A DNA stretch of 64,000 nucleotides. Origin: Lingula anatina (Eukaryota; Animalia; Brachiopoda). This document shows positions 23,901-35,716 of the stretch, piece after piece. Position 1 is the first letter of the stretch. The number at the start of each line of letters is the position of its first letter. The DNA is taken from positions 1,302,001 through 1,366,000 of the forward strand of contig CM120649.1 in the NCBI GenBank assembly GCA_051362555.1, read 5' to 3'. Both the position numbers and the translations under genes were made by a program. A model generated the notes under the pieces. That model was given only the letters and a program-made list of their open reading frames with translations, did not search any database and was not told the origin of the DNA.

Positions 23901-25952
23901 TTACGTACAAAGCACCACCGTGACTGATCTTGCCTAATGCCTTATTCCCAATAAAAGTCGAGTCACGAATTAAAACAAAAGTATTTGTTGAACTCATGAT
24001 GGTGACCCCGCCCCCATGCCAATATCCAGTATTGTTTTCCATGTCCACATTGTCCATGACAATATCCATTGCACTCGAGGAACCGCCGTAGTAACACCGT
24101 ATATCAAAACCGCCTCCTCGATGGGGAAAGTAATTATTAGCCAGGTTTACCCTTTCAAAACGTATTGAAGAATTAGAATGTTCTGCAGAAACATGAGAGA
24201 GGTTTATATTTATCATCACAACAGCCATGAGAATGTCATATGTTGTGTTTGAGGCATCAAATAGAAAGACACCTTGATTGTTGACGAATTTTGTATCGAG
24301 TATGGATATATTGCTCCAGTGGCCTGATTGGATGTTTACGACACTGCCGTTTTGTAACTGCAGGTTGGATTCAAAAATGCTCTCCCTTACGTCGAGATTC
24401 AGAAGTGTTTTAGTTGCAATATACAGACTGCTGGATGAGTAACGACCAACGTTGTCATGAAATGTACTATCTTCCACCACAGCTGTGACGCCATAATCTG
24501 AACTGACATGAACACCGTTTGAATTATTCCGAAAAACACAACTGCGTAGAGTCAGGGAAACAGAACCAGCGGAGTAGGAGCCCTGTGCCTCGTGTTCGAT
24601 AAAGATGACAGGCGAAGTCTTGGCGTTCGCTGTAGAAACATCATCGGATTTGTTGTAGTTCCCGTAGAATGTTACGTTTTCCAGTGTAAGGTCAACATAG
24701 CCATGGACAGTTATGGCAGATCCATGGTACGGTTTTACGACTTGGTGTGCTGTACTGCCATTAGCAAATACTATGTTCTTCAATGTCACATTCGCAACAT
24801 ACTCGAGTTGTGACTGAAACCAAAACGCAGAACCGTTGTTTCGACAGTCAATGTAAGCAGGTCCCATGGAGCAATTACGCCATGTAGAAATATGCAACGT
24901 TGATCCTGGATGGGTAAATGTTATTATTGACCCACCCGGCTGACCATACGGTCTATCGGGAACACATTCATAATACGTGTTGGCCTGTCCACACTCGAGT
25001 GAAATTGAGAGAACGGCGAAATCACGATGGGTTTCAATCACATGGGTATATGTTCGACATGGATGGCTCTCCGTACCACAGTATTCATCATCTACCCCCT
25101 TGGAAGGAGAAACAAACCAGTCTCTACAGGCGTCTGAAAATGGTATAAGTTGAGGTAGATGTAAGTTAATGTATCTAACGCCTGTTGTTTTGGCGACAAG
25201 GTGATTTTACAATTAAGTGACTCTAAAAACCTGTTCTAAATTTACGGAATGCGCATAGCGCCAATATGGTCATGAATTCCGAAAGGATTACAAAAAGTCT
25301 TAATCAAATAAGTTCTGAATTAATACATTAGGTTACAGTTGGGCTTTAGAATAACACTAAAAATTAGTCAGTTTTCTGGCTTTCTTGACTAGGCTATCCA
25401 TGAAAGTGCTATAACACTGTTCCTATTAGGGTACGATATGCGCATGTGATCGTCTGATCTTGGTAAATAAACGCTTAGCCATGGAATCTGACTTAATTTT
25501 TTTTTGTGAAACTGGGACCAGAACACAGTGCCGACAGGAGCCTTGAACAGACACTTAGCAGCATCTAAGACACTGATGAACCAGCTGGGTAAGGTGGATT
25601 GGACAAATTCATTCTTATCGTATCTTCCATTCCATGCCATTTAAATCTGTGACTTTTGACAGACTTTTATAAAAATTATAATTGCACCATATCACAAGAA
25701 ACAGACCGGTTGAAAATTTGAATTTCAATGTGGGAAACTTCAGATAAGCCAAGTGGATGTTGTATGCTCCAGCCTATCGTGTATGCATTGTGTGATTGTG
25801 CCTGGGTCAGAATCACGTATTACTTCATTGAAGTGCCTTCTTTGTTTTTAATTTATTCTCAATGTTAAATCATCAAACAGCAGCTTACCTCTTTGTAAAA
25901 GGATAATGAAAAAACAGAGAGAATAGAGTCCTTGTCTCAGCCGCAACATCAT
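20932..25952 (-). CDS. Gene B: about 1421-aa paralog of gene A
   Basis: Exon 1 25952-25889 encodes MMLRLRQGLYSLCFFIILLQR+phase 1 (GTAAG donor). Exon 2 25133-20932 follows ttttcag and begins (D)ACRDWFVSPSKG. Same architecture as A, with 3 Cys-repeat units and a (CCKKDKP)x3-like 21-bp repeat at about 22982-23045. Confidence 0.9.
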
Positions 25953-28900
25953 TGAACAACTGAAAGTAAAAACGACTGGTTAAATAACTGTTTAACTGAC
26001 TACATGAAGAATAATGTTCTTCACGCATTATATGATGAAGGGGAAAACTGAGAAAATCTGCAATTTGTATAACAAAAATGAGAGCTAGGACAACCAGGCA
26101 CCAGGGTTTGGATTTATAGAGCATTTAGAACAAAAGCTGTAGTTATAGTTGTAGCCTCTAAAATCAATAATCAAATTCTTCCAAGAACCAAAAATAAAAC
26201 TAAAGAACAAAAAATAATCTCTTTTTACAGCTCATTTGTCTTTACTTAAATATTCCTTTCAAATTATAATAACAAAGCATGCAGATGTAACTGCCATTAC
26301 GTATTGATTCGTGGTGAACCATGCAGGTATTATTTCTTTCAACAGTACTAGAAGGTCAACTAAATTTGACATGGGGCATTTGATTGGAAAACGACTGTAT
26401 CCCTGTGGTTTAATTCATTTAATCTAAATGCTTGTTTTTTGTTTCATCTTTTTAGTTAAAAAGATGTGTTTACAAGAGAAATTAATGAATACAATAATAA
26501 AAATAATATTTAAAAAAATGTTGATATCGGTATTTTTAAATGGTTTTCTATACAAAACATCATTCAACATAGATTGGCATTTGACTGTTTCATTTACAAA
26601 ATCGTAACAATTTCAGATAAATCGAAATGCTTCTTTTCCAAAACACGCTCATTGTTGGTAAAAGCTTTCTTTCAAACCATACTGACAAAATATTTTTTCG
26701 TTGTTGCATATTGATTCCCAGTGAGCCCTGGGTCGAGTCTTTAGTTTGATGATGACTTCTTTGTGCAATTACATTGTTTCACAACAAATACCACGTATTC
26801 ATCACTAAATTGATTTTTAGTCTTTTCCACGTGGGTAAAACATAGCATATTAGCTTCGGTAAGCTTGTTTAATCAAAACTCATGAATGTAACCAAATTTA
26901 ATGAGACATTAAACGTTTCTTGTGAAAGATTCCCATAACTGGTAATACACTTGTAGGATAAATCACCAAGTGACCTTTGGTTCCAAAAAAACGTCAGTGT
27001 TGTGATGTTGCTTGCCACTACCGTATGTTTTTGATTGCCCTTCGCTCGTCTAAGTATTGTATTGGTCATCCGAGTTTTGAGTTTAATTTAGTTTCTAGGA
27101 TACATACATGTATTCGGACTGTGAAAGTGTATTCTTTCCAGACTTTTTCCATCTCCCAAAAGTCACAGCCAATCACGTAATTTTAACTTCTAATTTACAT
27201 ACTTTTGCTTAATTTTGTACCTTTTTTACAATTTGTAAATATTATTTTTCTTACACTTTTAAAGACAGAAAGGATACTCAGTGTTTAAGACTTTGTAGAT
27301 TTTGCTCCCGCATTACGATTACTCGTATGTGATGGCGTCTTTTTGCAGTATACTTGTATGACACATTCATCTCAGCTGCTTTTAGTTTTTTTCTTCTTTC
27401 GAATGTAGCAGTCGTGGAGACCATATGCCTGGTTCGGCCATATGAGGGTCTCTACTTTATTTTCGTTTTAGATTTGTGCTCTCTTCTCTGATAGATAATC
27501 GCCACTTGCGTTTCTGTAAAACTGATATAGTTATAAAAAGTGAAAAAATGAATTATCTTACCTGTTGTATTGGACGAAATCTGATTAGACTAAAATTCAA
27601 CTGCTTTCTCAACACTGGATCAGCTTGCAACTATCTTAATCACGATATTCTTGGAAAAATCGAAGTTAACTCTTTGCGCATGCGCAACACCTGTAAGTGG
27701 CGTTGTTGGCAGATTTCTTTCACATTATATTGACAAAATATATGTCGTGTCGTAGAGCTCGATATTTTACTTGTATAGTGTTTGACAAAGTTAGCTGTGG
27801 TACCAGTGAAAACACAATATGTATATACATATTTAATCGACTTCAAATTTGCCTTTGCATAACGCACTGTCTGGTTCTTGTTAAGCGTATGGGCGCCAGC
27901 ATTAAAATGCTTCCTCAAAATTGGATCAGGGTCCAAAAAACAAGTTCTTGGAAAAGTCGAATTTCCCCATGCACATGGTGACAGATTTCTTTCATGTTAT
28001 ATTGACACGTTTTTTTTTTTTTTTTTGTTATTTCGTATTGATATCAAATCGGTCCTGGAGCTTTATTTTAAAACTTTCTACGGGAGTGATAAGGATTATG
28101 TTAGGGGTGGTAAAAGCGAAACCGCTCATTTTCACAAAACGCATCATTTACTGGGGGGGGGGGGGGAGTTCTGGTCCAGCAGAAGGCCGCCGGCATTTAA
28201 AATGCTGTGTGGAACACTTCAAATATTACGAATAAAGTTACTTTTTGCTTCTATCAACGGCTGAATATTGAAATGATTTACCTCAAATATTCCATTGTCT
28301 AACAGAGCATCTTTATCAGGAAATGGGGCTATCCACGTGAATAGCCTCTTATCAAGAAACAACAAAATATTTAAGTTGTCTATGTTTATACATAGCAACG
28401 AGACATATAAAAGCCAATATTTTATATTTTCCAGGGGATTTTCACTGTTTTAAATCACTACAAAGGCAAATGCATCATTGAATGATTAGATTCATGAAAG
28501 AGGTTATTTTCGGGATCTGGATGACAATAAAACATTACAGTATTCTAAACTATGACATGGTTTCATCTAGTCAACGTGTTGTCTACCTGCAAGCTTATCA
28601 TTAATGAAGTATTGATAAAAAACTTATCGTATTTACTGTACATTAAACATGTGTATCCATCTATGGAAGATCAATAGGACAGACAAAAGATTTACAAATG
28701 TCAGCAGAAAAGATAGAGATAAACACGTCTTATGTAATTACGATACATATTTACTATGATTTCATTAAGGGAAAGTCTCCTCTTCCGCCGACTTGAGAGG
28801 GCATGTGCCCGGAATTTATAAAAAAATCAATAAATGAAATTAATTATGAATAAATACACCAATAAGTTAACATAGAGAAAATTACTGCTGAAGAAATATT

Positions 28901-31436
28901 TGATTACAAAAAAAAAAAAAAAAAAGGTGAACCGTAAAAAGAGAACGCTCCTTTGTATCCAAACCATAAAAACCCATGTATGAAATTTAAAAAAAAAGAT
29001 AATTGAGGTATCCTTATTTGACATGTATAAACATAATCAATAAAACACATAATACGAGAATACGAGAATATGGGCTATTGATCTACAAATCATATACTGA
29101 CATAATTGTCAGCACCTTACACCAAATAATTGTGTTTAAAAATAGAAATCAACAATACTTCAAACTATAAAAAATACAAGTGCTGAATTGAAAAATGTTA
29201 TCAATGAGAATTAATCCATTTTACAAAGATTTGTTGACAATGTCGTACTATAACTCCTTAGATAACCTAACCCCTCATCGTCTACTCACTGCTGAAATTA
29301 TGAAACTGTTCTGATTGATTTCTAGTACTAATCGAACATGTATCAAAGTTCTGACGTCTGAAAGTGATTATTTCCTTCGTGCTTGGTTCGTCAAATTTCG
29401 AAATTCAATAAGGTCGGGTTAGGACAAATATCAGCGAAGACCGGGGTCAAATCATATTAACAGAGTTCCATGTCGCCTGACTCCTGTAGATTTCCATCAA
29501 GAAGAAACACTCGTTGACGCTGAGCAGCACTATGGAGAGCTGAGTGTGTGGGTATTCACCAATTCGACCTTCCGAAAGTAAGTGGATAATACTTTAACAG
29601 ATCCGCTTTTTTCTTAATTTAGAGATATATCAGTTTACTATATATTTTACTGGAAACTTGCACAATTAGTGTCTAACTATCAACAGTGGCATACATGACA
29701 ACAATAGTCGGGCTGCGCATTAAAAAAATTCTAAGTTCCTGCAGTTATTCTTTGACACTGTATTTCTTTGTTTAAAGATATATATAAGAAGCTGAAGCAA
29801 ATGTCATGTAACGTATATACATTATAAAAATCAGTTTCCTATATGACACAAACAAAATCCCCATGACAAAAAATTATCTTTCGGGAGACAAAAGAGACTT
29901 TAAACTGTACCTTCTTTAAAATTGTAATCGTTTTTATTCTACGTATGTATTCTCTGGGAAGGCAAGCAAACAACTATAATATAGATATGGTTAAAGCAAT
30001 GCAAAATAAATACGAAAAGCTGGAAATGATAAAACGAAGCTTTGTAGTATTTGTGACCTATATGGAAATACAGTGTAAATTATGAGGGGAAAGGGTTTAA
30101 CAGAATTTCGCTTTAAATTTACATATTTAAATTAATTATTTGTTCACTGAATTTTTTGAAAAAGTAAAAGTGAAAACGTTGAACTAACTCTGACAAAGAA
30201 ATCACATAAGGAGGATATCAGGAGAATGATGATAATTTTACGGTCAGGCTAAAAGACAAAATAAAATATATCATAAAGCAAAATTCTCTTCTGAATAAAA
30301 AAAAATTGAAGTGCTATTTTATCTTGCGATGAAATATAAATTGCACTTTCTGTTTTAAGAAAAATATCGAAAACGCTAGTAATTTTGTTTGACGGATTAT
30401 TTCCAAACAACAGTTTTTCTCATTGCCTTTTAAATATTAAACGTGGTCTTGTGTAAAGCTGCAACGAATAGATACCTGGAATAGGTTGACATTTTTGCAC
30501 TAGTGTAAAATTACCGAACATTTGTGCTATGTATTAATACTTTTGTTTCCTTAAAATCCCAATTGCTACATGCATGCTGATGTTATTTATAGTATGAAGG
30601 CTCCTCTTTAAAATGACGTAAAACAGAAGCGCATATTTTGGGGAAGACATTAAGATGCATAAGATTAAGAAATGGGGCATATCTTTTATTTTGAAAATAT
30701 GAATGGCTCACCATTTTTCAATATGATATTTGGCTCCTTCACCATAAACTAGAAAGACATGGAAGTTACAGTGGGATCCTTGTTACTTTATTATAATGTC
30801 TTTGTCAAAACAAAACAACAACAACAACAAAAAACAAACAAACAAACAAACAATATATATATATATATATATAAACCAGCTGCCCATAAAAATATGTATG
30901 ATTCTGGTTTAATAGTGGGATTGAAATTTGACACTGCGTAGGAATAAAAACTTTAAAAAATTAAAATCCGTTTACTGCTCTTAAGTTTCAGAACGTCAAA
31001 AGATAATTTGCTGGGTAGATGGACTTAGATGCAGTTTCAGTCAAAGAAAGAACAGAGCTGGGCAAGACATTAGAACGACATAACTAAGGCCGTGTGGCCA
31101 ATCTGTGGGTCCGTGTAACGGAGAGTCCGTCCTCCATTTAATTATAAATGTTAGTGGGTCAAAATCTAGGGCCATCCTGTGCAAATTAACGGGGACCGGA
31201 CTCTCTATCGTGGGAAACTCTTTGTCCATTCAATCCCAATATAGAGGTGCAGTTCACATGCCCGAAGTATCAAAAAATAAAATTGAATGAATTTGAAGTT
31301 GTATTGATTTTTTCAAGCATATGTGTGTATAGAACAAAAATCCACGGCTGCCTCAATTTTACATCTGCATTAAATTTTTACAATGTCTATACATTATTTA
31401 AGGAGCCTAAACTGTAACGTATGTTCCGGTAACGTA

Positions 31437-32823
31437 CACACACCGGACAAAAGAAGTGTCACCCCCTAACTCAGAGTAATAAAAGTAGGCAGATCTTGGG
31501 TACTTATAATGCCTGGTTTACTTATAATGTGACTAATGAGTATAAAACCGCTATACCATGGAATTGTATTGTTGGTCTTGTACATGTACAGCAAATGTTA
31601 TTCCTGTCTTCCTCCAATATGGCAAGATACAGGCAATTATCTAACGGTTATAGGTGCAAGTTTTTAACCTGAAGAGGCGGAATATTAGCAATGTCAGAAT
31701 ATCGATACAATTGAATTGTTCAGTCAGAACCGTGCAGAGGGTCTGATCTCGGTATAGAAACACTGGATCAAGAGACAAATTGCCTCTGATGGGTCGTCCA
31801 AGAAAAAATACTGGCCGTGAAGACCGACGACTGATTTTGATGTCCAGGTTGTCAAAGTTCGACATTGCTTGTCAGTTGACAACACAGTGGAACAATTTCA
31901 CACATAAGAATGTGTCTGTGAAAATTGCTAGGCGTCGGTTACATGCTCAGAGAGTGTACAGCAGGGTAGCAAGACTGAAACCTCTTATATCGTTACAAAA
32001 CAGGCAACGTAGAGTAAACTAGGGTCAACAGGATCTGGAACTGGACAGTTCATGACAATTGGTCCTATATATTTTTTTCTGATGAGTGTCGCTTTGGTCT
32101 GACCTCTGATGACAGACGGGTACGATGCTGGCAAACTGCTGGTAAAGCATTTGAACCACATGCACTTAATTTTCGAACCCGGAGCAGCATATTCATCATG
32201 GTGTGTGGCTGCATCAGCATCCATGGCTTGGGCGAATTGATAGTGGTTGATGGAAACATGAATCACTAGAAATATATCGATGTTTTGGAGTCAGGCTTGC
32301 TACCATCTATTACTAACATGTTTGGTGACAGGAATTATCCATTTGTTCACCAGGATGACAATGCTCCTTGTCACAGGCCCAGAGCAGTTGATTATTGGTT
32401 TGACCAACAGGACATTCGCAGGGCGATGTGGCCTGCCCAGAGTCCGGATGCAAACATAATAGAAAATGTATGGAATGATATGTCAAAACTTTTTACAAAT
32501 GCCCGTCTAACCAGCAGATAAACTCTGTTATATTCAGTGTTTCATGCTTGGGCCAGCATTAGCTCTGAACGCATCAGACAATTATATGAAACCTTGCTTC
32601 GTAGACTGGCACCTATTATTAGGTCACGTGGCTATGCCACTAAGTACTAATTTTGGACTTGAAACTGCATATTTTGGTAGAATGTATATTTTGATCTCAT
32701 TTTGTGATTTTTTGTGAAATTTGATGTTAATAAAATGATACCAGGAGCATATCATTCGGCAGTCATTTATCTCCCCCATAGTATTGGCTCAGTAGGGGTG
32801 ACACTTCTTTTGTCCAGTGTGTG
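31437..32823 (+). mobile_element. Tc1/mariner (DD34E) transposon, full length, transposase pseudogenised
   Basis: 29-bp TIRs cacacaccggacaaaagaagtgtcacccc / ggggtgacacttcttttgtccagtgtgtg (1 mismatch) with TA target duplication. Transposase about 31619-32650 has GRPRK, FSDECRF, QDDNAPCH-(34)-SPDANIIE and GYATKY*, with stops and frameshifts. Confidence 0.95.
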
Positions 32824-35456
32824 TATGTTCCGGGCCATATAATTTTAATTTGTATATCTTGTTCCGATGTATACTGTGGTGATTCAGTCATGGAAAATTA
32901 TGTATGACGTAAGGATGTTTTTGTATAAATATTTAAAATGTAACTCAAGGGACTTTGCGTCATGGCTAATACTAGTTAACGTATGTTCCCCAGAAAAAAA
33001 TTCAGAGAGTTTCATATTCCCCAAGTACTTGTGCAATAAGAAACAGGTATTCCTGTTGCTGACTGAAAAGTACATTATGATTTCGTGACATTTGACATTT
33101 TTAATACAATATTAGTATCACAGATGGCAAGTAATTTATCTAATGCTTATTTTGTTGTCAGTAGGGTGTACCCCCCCTTATTTACAATTCAGTGACAAAA
33201 AAGAAAAATGAAATAACTAAAGTAGCTAAAAAAATTAAATAAAACTGCTCTATACAAAATATTATATTTTATACCTGTAGGAGACAAGAAAAAAACAAGT
33301 GATGTTTGAATGTTCAAAGGGAGGACAACGTTTCAAACCTGGACGTTTTGCATTTGTGACAGTAACGTATGTTCTTTTTTTGGGTTGGACAATAAATAAT
33401 TCGTTATTATTCATGATTTCATGAGTTTGTAATATGTGCACTAAATATTATAAGAGCGTACCTGTGACCTCATTGCACTTCTATATTGGGTTTGGGTGTT
33501 TGACGTCACACTGGGGACACGATATCGCATCTTTCAATACTAGCCGCTGGCTAGCAATGCTACCTTGGGGTGCAACCTTTAGGAGATCTGCACAATCCAT
33601 GATCGAATCAATAAGCTTTCAGCTTCTCCAGTGGTTAAAATGTGAGGTGTTTGTTGAAGTTTTATAGCACGAAAAATACCCGTTTGTTTAAAGCAAAGTC
33701 TAAGTCTACTTTGATTCAAGATAAATTTGTAAGAGTTCAATATAATGTATCACTGTATAATTCTGTTTTACATTGTATCATCTAGAGAACATAAAAAATG
33801 CTTTTTTCGTGGAAGATTAACTTTATTTAAGTGGAATACTATGAATTTATCTTGAACAGAATCAGGCCAAAAGTTAAAACCAAATTTTGGGCTAAAACTC
33901 TTTTGTGACACAGATTTCAGGATCTCGAATACTTATTAGTTCGATCGCCACACGTCTGAAGGTGCAAGTCAATGCCGTTACGTCCCATTGGGTCGACAGA
34001 GTTCAATAAAACCAATATTCTGCATAACTGATTGTGGTCAGCCGATTATGAGGGAAGGTAATGACGAGAAATAATCTATAGTCAACATTATTAACATTTC
34101 TCATGTAGCGCCTAATTATATGTTTCCAGCACGGCAACGCTTTGTGCGGATGGTGCTCCGTCACTGGAAATGGACGATAAGATACTCATTTGTATTTAAT
34201 ACATATGTACAGTTTTCTATGAGAACCAATTGGAATTTTCTTCTAGAAAGAAAATTAAACATGGCTTATTCACCAACCATCATTGCTCTACCGTCCCAGC
34301 ATTTCATTTCGATTATCTGTACCATTTCTACAAATAATACTGTAATACTACAAATAATATAGTTTGCTTGTTTAGATGCTTATCTAATTAAATTCATGTA
34401 CCTTTTGCAAAATTACCCGACCTGATTGATCCAGCTAGTGAATGGCATTGAAGTCAAGTTGGCTTTATATTCCATGTGTAATTGTTTATTTAACGGAAAA
34501 ATTCTTTTATGTGACTTATTTCCTCCCGACAAGGTCAAATATTGCCTTTCCAAACGGTGAACTCAGAATGATTTAATTAGTGCAACCGCACTAATCAATA
34601 TTCGATTAGATTGTATTGCAAGCCTTTACAATGTGTTATGACCCATGCCCATTTTACGAAAACTCATAATAAAGGTAAATAATAAAGTAATTTTGTGCAA
34701 ATATCTTAAGAAAAAGACCGAGGAAAATAAATGACTGCAGCTAAAACAGAAGTGTGTTGTCACGGAAATAACCAAAACAGACTTGAATTGAATTGAAGTC
34801 CCTTATCAATCATTCAATGTTTAATGGTCCCATATTTCATAAAAAAGGCGTTCCTTTGTTTAGTTTCTTTTGTTATAAATGTAAATAGAAAACAATTACG
34901 GCTATATTTAAGTTCTGATAAAGATAAACTGCGTGACTTTTTAACACTGAAGGAAAGTGAATACCGTTGTGAAGTAAATGGTAAAATAACATATGATGGA
35001 CAGGAGCTTGGACAAGAACTACTAAAAACCGCCAACCAACACTTTTTTCATTACAACAGTTTCATCGCCAAAGAGATGCACAGGTATATTTGTAAGAGTG
35101 TAACGCAAGGCACGATAGTCATATTGAAGGAGAGTGAAAAAGGTTTTATGATGAAAAATGCAATAGAAGGATGAAAGAAATTAATACTTTAGCTTACGAA
35201 TAGGCCTAGACGTGGCTTGCGATTATATGGTATTCCGTATAGACCCGACAATTTATTTCAAGTCTAACGCAGCTGAAGTATAAACTAGTACATGTACATC
35301 GATATAGGCTTAGTAACTTTATAATTATTTCCAGCGAGGAAAACAAGGAACATATATTTTAGTGCTGCTTCTCTTCTCCTTCTCCATAACATATTAACAT
35401 CACATAATTCTATCTGAATTGGATAAATTTCTGTCTTGTATCCATTGCAGGTGACA

Positions 35457-35644
35457 ATGACGGTTTTGATGAGATGTGTAGTGGGTGCCATCCTGCTCTT
35501 TGCCTGTATTTATCACGGTAGGTCTTTTTATCTATTATTCTAATATGTTCACTGGGTTTTTATCCCCTTGGCGTGGGTGCAACCGTCTGTCTGTATCTAT
35601 GCGCATGCCTATGTGGTTGAAGAGGCATGTGCAACTGCTTTTTT

Positions 35645-35716
<72 letters not shown>

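Noticed and set aside
34824-35174. 116-aa ORF upstream of the PKD1L start exon
   Set aside because: No recognisable domain or convincing splice connection; may be a transposon relic.
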